Assembly: GCF_009914755.1 (NCBI RefSeq)
Contig: NC_060929.1
DNA length: 64,000 bases
Strand: one strand, 5' to 3'
Source: the human T2T-CHM13v2.0 reference genome, Homo sapiens
The position numbers and the translations under genes are program-made. Shown here piece by piece: positions 1 through 13,122 of the stretch. Numbering within the stretch: the first letter of the stretch is position 1; the number at the start of each line of letters is the position of its first letter. The notes beneath the pieces are model-generated. The model did not search any database. It worked only from the letters and a program-made list of their open reading frames with translations, and had not been told where the DNA came from.

Positions 1-1306
1 ATGGGGAACTTGTTGGGAACTGGAGTGAAGGTCACTGTTGCTATACAAAGAGACTGGCAGCATTTTGCCCCTGTCCCAGACATCTGTGAAACTTTGAACT
101 TGAGAGAAATAATTTAGGGTATCTGGTGGAAGAAATTTCTAAGCGGCAAAGCTTTCAAGAGGAAGCAGAGCATAAAAGTTTTGAAACTTTGTGCCCAATG
201 ATGCAATGGAAAGGAAAACACCATTTTCTGAGGAGAAATTAAGCCAGCTGCATAAATTTGCGTAAGTAATGAGGATTTGAATGTTAATCACCAAGACAAT
301 GGAGAAAATGTCTCCAGAGCATGTTAGAGACTTTCATGGCAGCCCCTCCCCATCACAGGCCCAGAGGCCTAAGAGGAAAAATGGTTTCCTGGGCCAGGTC
401 CAGGGTCCCCCTGCTGTGTGTAGGCATGGGACTTGGTGCCCTGCATCCCAGCCGCTCCAGCTGAGGCTAACAGGAGCCAGCATATAGCTCAGGCCATTGC
501 TTCAAAGGGTGCAAGCCCCAAGCTCTGACAGTTTCCACATGGTGCTGGGCCTGCAGGTGTGCAGAAGACAAGAATTGAGGTTTGGGAACCTCCACCTAGA
601 TTTCAGAGGATGTATGGAAACACCAAGATGTCCAGGCAGAAGTTTCCTGCGTGGGTGGAGCCCTCATGGAGAACCTCTGCTAGAGCAGTGCAGAAGGGAA
701 ATGTGGGATTGGAGCCCCCACACAGAGTCCCCACTGAGACACTGCCTAATGGAGCTGTGAGAAAAGGACCACCATCCTTCAGATGCCAGAATGGTAGATC
801 CACTGACAGCTTGTACTGTGCACCTAGAAAAGCCACAGACACTCAACATCAGGCCATGAAAGCAGCCAGGAGCGTGGCTGTACCCTGAAAAGCCACAGGC
901 GTGGAGCTGCCCAAGGCTTTAGGAGCCCACCTCTTGCATCAGCAGGTCTGGATGTGAGACATGGAGTCAAAGCAGATCATTTTGGAAATTTAAGGTTTAA
1001 TTACTGCCTTATTGAATTTTGGACTTGCATGAGGCCTGTAGCCTCTTTGTTTTGGCCAATTTCTCCCATTTGGAACAGGTATATTTACCCAATGCCTGTA
1101 CCCCCATTGTATCTAGGGAGTAACTAACTTGCTTTTGATTTTACAGGCTCATAGGTAGAGGGGACTTGCCTTGTCTCAGATGAGACTTTGGACTTAGACT
1201 TTTGAGTTAATGCTGGAATGAGTTAAGACTTTGAGGGACTGTTGGAAGGGCACGACTGTATTATGAATTGTGAGGACATGAGATCTTGAAGGGGCCAGGG
1301 GCAAAA
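1..1306 (+). mobile_element. THE1/MST-int (ERVL-MaLR internal region), 3' part
   Basis: Characteristic MaLR internal sequence with decayed ORF fragments (281-888); purine tract ggggccaggggcaaaa immediately before the LTR. Confidence 0.85.
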
Positions 1307-1677
1307 TGATATGATTCAGCTGTGTTCCCACCCAAATCTCATCCCGAAGTGTAGTTCCATAATCCCCACATGTCACTAGAGGATCCCAGTGGAAGGTAAT
1401 TTAATCATAGGGGCGGTTACCCTCATGTTGCTCTCATGATAGTGAGTTCTCATGAGATCTGACGGTTTTATAAGGGGCTTTTCCCCCTCTTCACTCAACA
1501 CTTCTCCTTCCTGCCACCATGTGAAAAGGACGTGTTTGCTTCCCCTTCCACCATGATTGTAAGTTTCCTGAGGCCTTCCCAGCCATGCTGAAGTGTGATT
1601 CAATTAAACCTCTTTCCTTTATAAATTAACCAGTCTCAGGTATGTCTTTATTAGCAGCATGAGAACAGACTAATACA
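1307..1677 (+). mobile_element. THE1-family 3' LTR
   Basis: TGATATG...cccaaatctcatc...attaaacctctttcctttataaatt...gactaatACA termini. Confidence 0.9.
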
Positions 1678-2031
1678 ATAAGAATGAGTGAGTAAGGGCT
1701 CCAATAAGCAGAAGAAACCAAGAATGTTGGGAGACAAAATGTTAGGGTCAGACTAACCAGAAAGGCTCAATGGCCAGAGCCAGAAGAGTCTGTGTGTGTC
1801 TGAACACTCATAGGAAAAGAACTTTTTAGTAGGAATGTAATTAGGTTGAACCTGTGGGTATAAAAAGTAATAAAGATTCAAAGAAGCTTGAAATTAAAGC
1901 CTAAGTGATAAGATGGAACAAAGATTATATATGTTAGGAAGTGTTATTCACGTTATAGTCTCATGTTTATTGCACTGTGTCATTATTTAGCATATATTTC
2001 TAGTAATTTTTACTGATATGTACTAAAAAAT

Positions 2032-2608
2032 TGTGGCATGATGCCCATCTCCTGGTGGTCATGTCCTTATATGATATCACCTTGAGAGTAGGCAGGACCT
2101 GTGATTTGCTTCTTCTAACTAATAGAATACAGCAGAGACAACAGGTTGTATGTGATTATGTGTGTGTGATTATGTGGTCACATTAGATTAGACTGTAGCA
2201 CTCGTTTTGCTGAAACCACTTTCCTTGCTGACTTTGAGAAAGTAAGTGGTCATGTTGGGGAAACCCATATAGCAAGGAACTATGCACAGCCTGTAGGAAC
2301 TAAAGGTGGCCTCCAGAAAATAGCCAGCAAGAAATCGAAGCCCTCAGTCTTACACCCTCAACTAACAGAATTCTGCTAACAACCTGAGTGAGCTCAGAAG
2401 TAGATTGTCCCCATTCGAGCATCAGATGAAACCACAGCCCCAGCCAATACTTTGATTGTAGCCTTGTTAGACACAAACCACAGGACTCATTTCAGCTAAC
2501 TCCTGACCCACAGACACCATGTAGTAATAAATGTACATTGTTACAAGACACAAAGTTTGTGGTATGATTGTTAGATGACTGTTATGCAGCAATAGATAAC
2601 TAATGCAG
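2032..2608 (+). mobile_element. MLT1-type (MaLR) solo LTR, old
   Basis: tgtgg... start; ends tgttatgcagcaatagataactaat, typical of MLT1. Confidence 0.7.
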
Positions 2609-3114
2609 AAGTATATGTTTAATTCCATGACTTTTAACTATGAAACCTCATGATGCCTGAACCTGGTACCCTAAACAATCGAGGAAACTAGCAAGAAGGC
2701 TGCAACATATAAACAAGACAGTTAGTAAACCTTGGTCAAATACTCAAGTGAGCTTAGAATGAAGAAGAATAAATCATTGGGAGGTTCCTACAAATCATGA
2801 AAATACATAACACATATAACAATGAATCTATAAGTGGTATAAACAGCCAATGTTAATATCCATAAGTCTTTGGCTCTTAAACCAGTGCAGATAATATTCA
2901 CTTCATTTCTATGCTGTAAATATTAATTTATTTAAATGTACTTCTTAAAAAAACTATGCATATAAAATTATTTTTGTAGTAATACACCTTTCTACTCAGT
3001 GTCAATAAAATCCTTTGTCAACAAGCCCAGTCTAGAATTTCTCAAAATGAGAACATTCTGCTGAATAGAAAAATGAAACATGCCTAAGTGCATAAGACCT
3101 CCAAGATGACACAC

Positions 3115-3309
3115 CTGCTTAGAAAGCTGCTCCTCACACAGTTTGTAGAGCGTGAAAAACTTCCTGGCCAAAACAACGTTGTCAATGAAGCCACAACTAG
3201 CCAACTTCACCCTTATGATAATCTGACGGTCAGGCACCATCATGGCCACTGAGCGGAAATTAATCTTCAAGTTTTCAGGGAGTTCCTGCCGTCCAGCATA
3301 GCCAGGATT
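3115..3309 (-). CDS. DNAH5: DNAH5 exon ~38 (195 nt) [21 protein letters not shown]...EEQLSKQ
   Basis: ttag|AAT acceptor, CAG|gtgtg donor; phase 0->0; sensor-I NPGY motif. Confidence 0.96.
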
Positions 3310-3600
3310 CTAAACAGAAAATAAAGCCCAAGGATGAATGATGCAATCAAGCACACATCAGCATCATATTAAAAGATTCATTATGTACACACAACAAATC
3401 TGGAATGACAACCAGGGAACTCATTTACATATCTCAATCTCGTTTTACCTGGACAGGCTAAGTCATGAGCTATTCATATGATCTTTGCTTAACACCAAAA
3501 GGTTTTCCATTCAAGAAAACAGATGACATATGACCAGGGAGATGCATGAAAATTGTGATAAGAAGGCTGAAATTCAGTAGCTTTTCTAGCAGCTCCTTAC

Positions 3601-3788
3601 CATGGTTAAGAAAAGCCCAAATTCAGGGTTCATAGTCACATTATCTCCATCAGTAAAGATAAAAGACTTTTTGTGCTCCTTTTTACATGTCAGAATAATG
3701 GAAATTTGCTGGGCTGCAACCGAGAGAACTGGTAGATCAATACGGTTAAATTCATCAAAACAACCCCAGGATCCAGACTGTGCCAGTC
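3601..3788 (-). CDS. DNAH5: DNAH5 exon ~37 (188 nt), AAA1 Walker [11 protein letters not shown] ... LFLTM
   Basis: gaag|GA acceptor, ATG|gtaag donor; phase 1->0. Confidence 0.96.
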
Positions 3789-4153
3789 CTTCGAAAGGAA
3801 ATTAAATGAAAAATCCAATTAGTATATAATTTTAGAAAACCAAGAAAAAGGATATTATGTAGCTGCTAAAATGAGCCAGATGTAAGTTCATTCAAAAGTA
3901 AAGTGCAACAAATAGATCTATGCATCAAGTGACCCAAAACAGCTTACAATTTGGCACTTCACCTGTAAACACCCAAGATAAAGGAATATCAAAAAAAGTC
4001 AGGAGGAAGTAACATTTGGTCCACACAACCTGGCAAGATTGAAGATTTTCCAAAAAATTTTACAAAGTTGAAAATGATTCTAAAATGTGGCCAATTGTTG
4101 AAAACAAATTTTAGCAAAATATTCCACCTTGGCTGCAATTTCTCACCAGATTA

Positions 4154-4366
<213 letters not shown>

Positions 4367-5592
4367 TCACTAGAACCAGCCCTCAGTCACCTGGAAATAC
4401 TTCTGAGACATCACAGTGGCATGAAACGCACACAAGATTAAAAAACAAAAGGCCATTGTCCCTACCTAACATTTCGAATACAACATCCTAAAACACACTT
4501 ATCCTTATCAATGTTAACATATGTTGAGGAAAAGGAGGGGGTAGTCTATGATCAACTAAGTTTAAAAACTCCTTAAAAGGTTAAACAGGTTTCTTTACTG
4601 CTGAATTTTTCAGGCTTTCTTATCATAATATGCAGAGAGAATCTCCAGGTATAAAAATAATACATTGCATTTCCAAAATGTATTTGGCAACATTTTCGCA
4701 GAAATCTACCCCCATCTAAAATGTATATATTCTGTGAAACAGATCAGGATCCTTTCAAATAGATTAATCCCCTTTTGAATCTAAGAGTTGGCCATTTGAT
4801 GTAGTTGGGATTTAAAACACACACTGCTAAATAATCACACCTTGAATCTATTTCTGTGAGTATCTACTAACCTTGCACATGCTTTCAATTGCATCTTACT
4901 ATATGAGATTAACAAATAAAAGATTTGGTGAGAGAATACAAGAATGCCTGCAAAGGAAAATTTTTCACCTGATAACTTGCAGATCAATTACTTGTTTGCC
5001 AGCACCACCTGGTGTTACCAAAGGAGACAAATTATAAAGTGGTGCCGTGTAGGGTTTTCTTATGGCCAAACTATAAAGCATTCATCCGGACTTGAAAAAG
5101 ACTTCCAAGGAAATGAAGTGACTATCCAGCCTGAGCAGTGGAAATGAACACTGAGTGCACCAGCTGGGGGTGGTTCCAGGTTCTCAATGTTACTGGAAAC
5201 GAGTGCTATAAAGGCAAGTAAATGACTCAGCCCTTAATGTATGCAGAGTCTGGATACAGAGGAAAAGATCTGGTCATGAAATCAGGAGAATGCCTGCTCT
5301 CACTTTGACTCTGCCTTTTAACCCAAGGTATTATTTCTCCTGTTGCATTTTTGCCATCCCTTCCAAAGCAGAGTCTGTAACAACAACAGACACCACAGTG
5401 TGCTCCACATGCATCATCTCGTTTCATCCCCAGAGAACCCTGGAAGGAAGCTACTGTTCCTTTCCCCCACTGTACAGAGATAAGGAAAAAGGCCACAGAG
5501 ATTGAGTGACTTTTCTCAGGACTGCGGCAGGACAGCTGAGACAAGCCAAGTCTTCTCACTTCCCAGCTCTGGGACAAGCCCACTCTATCCGG

Positions 5593-5737
5593 GAAAGAAA
5601 AATAACTAATGGGCACTAGGCTTGATACCTGGGCAATGAAATAATCTATATAACAAACCTCTATGACACAAGTTTACCTATGTAACAAACCCGCACATGT
5701 ACCCCTGAACTTAAAAATTAAAAACTGAAAAAAAAAG
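5593..5737 (+). mobile_element. L1 (L1PB-like) 3' end fragment
   Basis: acctatgtaacaaacccgcacatgtacccctgaacttaaa + A-rich tail. Confidence 0.75.
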
Positions 5738-6741
5738 ATTAAATAAAATACCAAACACAAAAAAGGGAATACATCTCCATCAACTCTGATCACTCGGCTG
5801 CTGTGTTATGCAGACCCTCGTTACAACTGAGATCACTGGGTTTATATTTAAACTGAACAAGTAGCAAGTTGCTTCAAACAGATCAATCCTATTTACATGA
5901 AAAGCAGGTGGGCATGCCTGGAGACTTCTCCCTGGCTCAGCTAGGTGGGGCTTCAGACCCACTGCTACACTGGTGCCCAAACTGCCTTTCGGTGACAAGC
6001 ATGGATCTGTCACAGCATCTCCCTGTGTGTCTAGAGAATTCTACATGTGAGTGTATCTCCCTTCTTGCCTCCCTTCTCTGCTTTCCTTTCTAGTCTATCT
6101 ATTGGCTATTTTCAAAACCGTTTCCATTCATGAACAGGGTTTGAACTTTATGTGTTTTAGTTGCCTGTGGTCAACTCCATTTTAGTTTTCTAACCTTCAG
6201 TTAAACTGCTATAAACTCTCTGCGGTCAGGAGCTAGGTTTGGTTCACACTTGTACCCTCAACTACTTGCCTAACCCCTGGCACCTTGTACTATATGAACA
6301 TTGGTTGAATAAATGGCTTGCGCTGATCCAGTCATTCATTCTTATCTGGTCCCTCCTGTCCCAACAGCTACAGGAATTAGAGATGCAGAATGTGACCCTG
6401 ATGCCAAATGAAAAGCAACCAACCCCATGACCCCAGGGCTCATTAGCACTCGAACTAACCAAATCTATCACCAACATTCATCGTAACTATTCATAGCACT
6501 GTCAGTGCATTTTGTCACAGGTAAACCAGAAATGGTTTCAACTCCTATTGGTTCTAAACTGCTGAAAAGTTTCCTAAGAAACAATGGTACGTGCATCAGC
6601 AGAGTACATTTCTTCCTTGAGAACTTGGTTTAGTTACAGACTCTTTGATTATAGGGCATGTTTAAGGAGAAACCAAAGACAAGGTTGCTAAAGAATGTGT
6701 TATCCAAAAAAAAAAAAAAAAAAAAGAATGTGTTATCATAG

Positions 6742-7139
<398 letters not shown>

Positions 7140-8612
7140 TTACGTTGCCTCTAGTCCACACAATGATTCCCAAACAAGGGAATGAGGGAGATTAGGTGTC
7201 TTGTCCAACACTACACAGCTGCTAGGGGCAGAGCTGAGCAGTAAGCACTCAGGCAACACTCACAGAAGCTGTGGGAATGTCAGAGAAAGGTACAAGTCCT
7301 GTCTACATTTCTTATCAAGCAGATAAGATGCCTCCATCAGCCCTCAATTTCCTCTGCCTTCTGCTTAAGTGACAGCAGTAGTCAGGACAATTCTAGTCTT
7401 CATTAAAAACACTACGAGTTTTGGAGAAAAGTGCTGTATGTTATCATATTATAATAGCTATTTTATCATCTGAAATGTCTGCAACTCTGTCCACATGGCA
7501 TTGAGCTTCCCAGAATCCAGGGAGCTGCCCCAGCTGTTAAATTCACAGGTCAGTCAGTGAAGGGCTGACAACATGTCAGTGCCTCCAGCATTTGACTTTT
7601 TAAAAGTACTAATTTCAATGAGGAGTTTTCTCTTGCAAAAGGGAAGCAAATCTTGCAGTGGAATCTCAGTTACTATTGAAAATTAATAACTCACTTCCCA
7701 CATAATCAAGTTGGTTAAAGAAAAATAAACAAATGGGCATTTAGGGTAAACAGACAAACTTCAGAATCCCTTTACTTACATACTTAAAAATACTTATTTT
7801 GCTTTTAAAGTTCTCAGTTTTTTAATATAAAAAAATACAAGACAATGAACACAGTGGAAGAATCAAATTGCAGAAAAGACTGTAAACTATGATATGTATA
7901 TGTGAAACTGAAAAAGGATTTTAATATCTAAGCATCTACAGTTTTCAGAGGGATAGAAAATAAACTGTTGATCATTTTTAAAAATAGAAAAGTTTTCCCT
8001 CCCACACATGCTACTTCATGTTCTTCTGTACCATGTAAATTTTTCACCATTAAGATGCAATTTTGGAAATAATCACTTCTTTCATTTATTCAAGAACTAT
8101 TTATTTAGCATCTGTTATGTGACAGAACAATTCTAACAAACAAATCACATGAAGCCCATGCACCAAGGATAAGAGGGTTATGAGATGTGGAGATTGCGGG
8201 AGGTCGGGAGACCCTCTGAGGTGACTCTCTAGCAGGGGACTAAAGGAAGAAGGAAGCAAGCTATGCCACTATTGAAGGAAGAGGGTGCCAGGCCAAGTGT
8301 ATAACGAGGGCAAGGGCCCTGTGGCAGGGCTGCGCCACAGCTGTGCAAGGAGCAGGTGGCCTGAGCTGAATGAGGATAGAGAAACAGAGAAGTAGCAGAG
8401 GCCAGATTGTACCAGGCCTCACAGGCCCACGTGAGGACGTTGGCTTTTACTTTGCATGAGAAGGAACCATGGGAGAAGTTTTGGGGCAAAGGATCTGACT
8501 TACATTCTGGTGTCTGAACTGAGAACAGACTGTACGGGGACAACGACAGAGGCAGGGAAGCCAGTTAAAACATTGTCAGAAGGATGCAGGTCAGGATAAG
8601 AGTAGTAATGAT

Positions 8613-8883
8613 TCCTATAATCCCAGCACTTTGGGAGGCTGAGGAGGGCAGATCACCTGAGGTCAAGAGTTCAAGAACACCCTGGCCAACACGGTGAAAC
8701 CCCACATCTACTAAAAATACAAAAATTATCCAGGCATGGTGGCACGCACCTGTAGTCCCAGCTACTCAGGAGGCTGAGGCAGGAGAATCACTTGAACCTG
8801 GGAGGTTGCGGTGAGCGGAGATCGCACCACTGTGATCCAGCCTGGGCGACAGAGTGAGACTTCTTCTCAAAAAAAAAAAAAAA
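8613..8883 (+). mobile_element. Alu, slightly 5'-truncated
   Basis: TSD AGTAGTAATGAT (8601-8612 / 8885-8896). Confidence 0.93.
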
Positions 8884-8892
8884 TAGTAGTAA

Positions 8893-9504
8893 TGATATAG
8901 AAATAACTGTAGGCAGATAGAGAGGGTAAAAGGAGTCCTCGGTAAGGTTTGTTTCTTTTAATAAAAGTAGCTCCCGAAACATTTCTTTTCTAACAGAAAA
9001 GCGGCTTAAAGAGCCAGTCCGGCAAGCTTTGATATGCAAATGCTGGTGATTAGAAACTGGGTCCATCCAACAGGGCAATTCCCACCCTCTTCTCCTTGTC
9101 ACCACGTGCGCCAAGCATCATGGCTGCCTCCAGATAACTCCATGTGTGCAGGACATCATTGCGATCTGCATTTACATATTAAAAGGCTGGGGTTGGAGGG
9201 CCAGTTTTTTCGAGGGCTACATGAATGACACACCTGGTCAAACCAAAACCCTAAGCCCTATGAAAATCACACACCGCCTCCTCCAGCCTCCTAATATAAC
9301 CTACTGTTTTCCCCTGTTTACGTGGTTTTTCTCTCTCTGCTCGGAGCACCCCTCCCTCTGTCTCTGTACTGGGGAGCTTTTTCCTTCTTTCTTGCCTATT
9401 TAACTTTCCACCCCATGAAACGACTCCATGTGTGTCCGTAGCGTTTATCTAATCGGCACAAGGCAAAGGACCCTGCTGTTCCTCCAGTCATCGGAGCCAT
9501 ACCA
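8893..9504 (+). mobile_element. ERV1-class solo LTR (LTR9/HUERS-P3-like)
   Basis: TG...CA termini, 4-bp TSD GTAA, taggcagatag...gagtcctcggtaagg 5' motif, TATA-like taatataa. Confidence 0.8.
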
Positions 9505-10235
9505 GTAAGGCAAAGGGGTGAAAATGGTCACATTCTAGAAGGAACCTGAAAGCACTGCTGACCAAATTGAAGGTAGATTATTGGAAAATGAGGTGAGAGA
9601 GAAGGAAGGGCTTCACGGTTACTCCAGGGAGTGTTGGATTGCCCATTTGGAGGTGATGTATTCACAGGCTTCAGGGGTTCGGACATGGACATCTTTTGGG
9701 GGCCATTATACTTACTATCACACTTCCTCCCATCATTCTGATAAAATGGAATGGCCAACTTGCTAAAATGAAGTCAACAACAGGAGGGCACTTTTGTGAG
9801 GCTGATCAAACACGCTAAGGTTAAATATACTGTAAGCAACAAACAGACATGTCACATAGGCAAATAGGTATGTGTGTCTGGAGTTCGGGAGAGAAGCCCT
9901 GGTTTGAGGCAGAGTTTGGGGTTTTTGAAGCCATGTGGGATCACCTAAAGAATGAGTAGAGGTGGAGAAGAGAAGAGCCTGGCAGTTCTATGTTTAAAGG
10001 TCAGAAACATGAAGAGGAACGAGTAGGAGCAGGTACAAAGGGACAACCAGACCACTGGGAGGAACCAGGTGAGTGTGGTGTCCTGGAAGCCATGTGATGA
10101 AAGTGTATCAAAAAGGAGAGAATGATCAACTGCTCCCATGCAGCTGATTGCTCAAGAAAGACGAGATCCAGGAAAAAACACTGGATTTAGCAAGAGGTCT
10201 GGGTGACTTTCAGGAGAGCTGTTTTATCAGAGTGA

Positions 10236-10832
10236 TGTGGAAAGTATGACAAAATAATGGTCCCCCCAAAATACGTTCTAATCTCTGCAACCTGCAATCT
10301 GTAAACATCTTACCTTCCACAGCTAATGGGACTTTGCAGATGTCATTAATGTTAAGGACCTTGAGAAGAGGGAATTATGTTGGATAATAAAGTGGACTCA
10401 ACCTAATCTCATGAGTCCTTAAAAGCAGAAGAGATAGGTAGAAGAGTGGGTCAGAGACACAAGACAGAAGAAGGAGGGGAGATTCAAAGCACGAAAGGCA
10501 CCTGACCCACCACTGCTGGCTTTGAAGATGAGGGAAGGAGTCAGGATCAAGGAACGTGGTAGCCTTCAGAGGCTGGAACAGCCCTGAGCTGACCTAAGAC
10601 AATGGGGACCTGGGTCCTTCAACCAGGAGGAAAGGAATTCTGCCAACAACTTGGAAGAGCGGGAAACAGAACTCAGTCTCTGGGAAGAAACACAGCCCTG
10701 CGGACACCTGATTACAATCCCGTGAGACCCACGTCAGACTTCTGATGGACAGAACTACAAAAAGAACACATTTGTGTGGTTCAAGCTTCTAAATTTATGG
10801 CAATTTGTTATGGCAGCAATACAAAGTTAGCA
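10236..10832 (+). mobile_element. MLT1 (C/D-like) solo LTR
   Basis: gggactttgcagatgt...ttaaggaccttgag and 3' tggcaatttgttatggcagcaa motifs. Confidence 0.75.
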
Positions 10833-11283
10833 GAGAGCCTGAATGAAGTGAGTTGAAGAAAAACAAGGTGGAGAGAAACTGTGCTTTTGAGGGGTTTTGA
10901 AGGGAGCATGGAGTGGGAAGGAAACCAGGACAATCACGGTAGGGTTCGCTGGGTAGAAGCAATCTCAGCATGTTTGTGTGTTGATGAAAAGGATTCAGTA
11001 GAAAGTGAAAATGGATGTTGCTTCCAGAGAGGAAATCCTGGAGTCAGTGGGGGTGTTGGCTTTGGACAGCGAACCTGGAGAGAAAGCAGCTGCATGAGAA
11101 CAGGCACCCAGGTTAACGCACATGGTGGTGGAGATGAATGCGTCTATCTTCTCAAAAAAAAAAACATGAAATAAGGCCTTCGGTGGAGACAGAGGAAGAC
11201 AAGGAAGTGCTGGAGACTTGAAAGGCAGAAGACATAAAATAACCACATAAGCATTTTATGAGAAATTCCTATTTGGGAACTCC

Positions 11284-11285
<2 letters not shown>

Positions 11286-11314
<29 letters not shown>

Positions 11315-11598
11315 GAGACGGAGTTTTGCTCTGTCACCCAGGCTGGAGTGCGGTGGCATGATCTTGCCTCACTGCAACCTCCGCCTCGGGTTCAAGTGAT
11401 TCTCCTGCCTCAGCCTCCCGAGTAGCCGGGACTATGGCCACGTGCCACCATGCCTGGCTAATTTTTTGTATTTTTAGTAGACACAAGGTTTCACCGTGTT
11501 AGCCTGGATGGTCCCCATCTCCTGACCTTGTGTTCCACCCACTTCGGCCTCCCAAAGCGCTGGGATTACAAGCGTGAGCGAGCCACCATGCCCAGTCC
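11286..11598 (-). mobile_element. Alu
   Basis: T-tract then reverse Alu. Confidence 0.95.
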
Positions 11599-11842
11599 AT
11601 TTTTTTAATGAACATTATTTCTAATGGGCAAATCGTCATTGTATATTATTGTGGGGCACAATGTGATGTTATGTTATATGAATACAATATGGAATGATTA
11701 ACGCAAGCCATTTGACAATAATGAGCATTCAGTGCATACCTGAAGCGAAAATATACAATGTAGTTGATATTACAAAGTTCAAATTAGACTAAGCAAATCA
11801 CAGAATATTAGCCCTGCAAGCACCCTTAGAGACAACATAGCT

Positions 11843-12407
11843 CAGGGTCCCCAGCCCCCAGGCCACAGACCAGTATTGGAGCTGAATGAGGACAGAGTAT
11901 TGGTCCATGGTCTGTTAGGAACCGGGCCACACAGCAGGAGGTGGGCGGCGGGCAAGTGAGAGAAGCTTCATCTCTATTTATAGCCACTCCCATGGCTCAC
12001 ATAACCGCCTGAGCTCTGCCTCCTGTCATATCAGCGGCAGTATTCTCATAGGAGCACAACCTTTATTATGAACTGCACGTGAACCCTATCGTGAGCTGTG
12101 CATGTGAGGGATCTAGGTTGCCCACTCCTTACAAGAATCTAATGCCTGATGATCTGTCACTGTCTCCCATCACCCCCAGATGGGACTGTCTAGTTGCAGA
12201 AAAACACACTCGGGGCTCTCACTGATTCTAAATTATAGTGAATTGTATAATTATCTCATTATCCATTACAATGTAATAATAGAAATAAAGTGCACAATAA
12301 ATGGAATGAGCTTGAATCAACCCGAAACCATCACCCACCCCCTGGTCTGTAGAAAAATTGTCTTCCACGAGACCAATCCCTGGTGCCAGAAAGGCTGGGG
12401 ACCACTG
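11843..12407 (+). mobile_element. MER1A (hAT-Charlie non-autonomous DNA transposon)
   Basis: CAGGGTCCCC...GGGGACCACTG terminal inverted repeats; degenerate 8-bp TSD acatagct/gcttagct. Confidence 0.88.
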
Positions 12408-12949
12408 GCTTAGCTCATCTTACAAATGAGGGGACTGAATCTAGGGAGGTTGCAGTGGCAGGTGTCACTAACACAACTTGTAAATAGCAGGCCAAGGGAA
12501 GAGTTAACACTCTGGAGGCCTTTCCAGTGCCCTCTCCCAACTTTTACCTGCATTGATACTCAATTTCTTTCCTGCTTAAAAAAAAAAAAAAGAAAATCTT
12601 AATTGTCTCCCAGTAAGAACAGATACTCAAGCAGCCCCCGCAAGGCCCACTGTGATTTGCACCTGACAACACACAAAAATTAATTCCCTTTCTTGCCCAT
12701 TCTCTGTCCACACAGTGTTTACACATTTAAACTCTGCCTCTATAAGACTGAAGGCAAAGGAAGCAAGGTCTGTGTCAGTCACAAACCTAAATCCCATGTG
12801 AAAAGAAAGCTGATAATAAAGCTAAAAATACTAAATTTCAAAGGTTTTAGTATAAAGAGCCTATAAACCCTAAGAGACTTTAAGCAAAAATCCCCTGAGC
12901 AACTCGAGAGAATAAAAATGGTGGGGGTTGGGGAGAAGGGTTCCATCAC

Positions 12950-13122
12950 CTGTCTGTAAGTGGAGTTATTACAAGCCTGTCAGTGCAGCCTAAAAATTCA
13001 TTCTGGTATATGAACGCCACATCTGTGATGTGAATCATCATCTTGTCAGAATCTTCGTTAAAGTAAAATCTGCACTGTTTCAGCCACTCAAAGTCCATGG
13101 GACTCTTGATATGCATATGACA
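12950..13122 (-). CDS. DNAH5: DNAH5 exon ~35 (173 nt) [20 protein letters not shown]...[10 protein letters not shown]
   Basis: tcag|TGT acceptor, AG|gtgat donor; phase 0->2; start of AAA1 ([10 protein letters not shown]). Confidence 0.95.

Larger units (their letters stand above)
8080..11200 (-). mobile_element. Fragmented L2, interrupted by Alu, ERV1 LTR and MLT1
   Basis: ttcatttattcaa (reverse L2 3' end) followed by diverged L2-like purine-rich sequence; boundaries approximate. Confidence 0.55.

Noticed and set aside
281-888. Overlapping ORFs at the window start
   Set aside because: Decayed MaLR (THE1-int) internal ORF.
12920-12940. G-run cluster as a G-quadruplex
   Set aside because: Irregular tracts, one with only two Gs, and on the non-mRNA strand; no supporting evidence.
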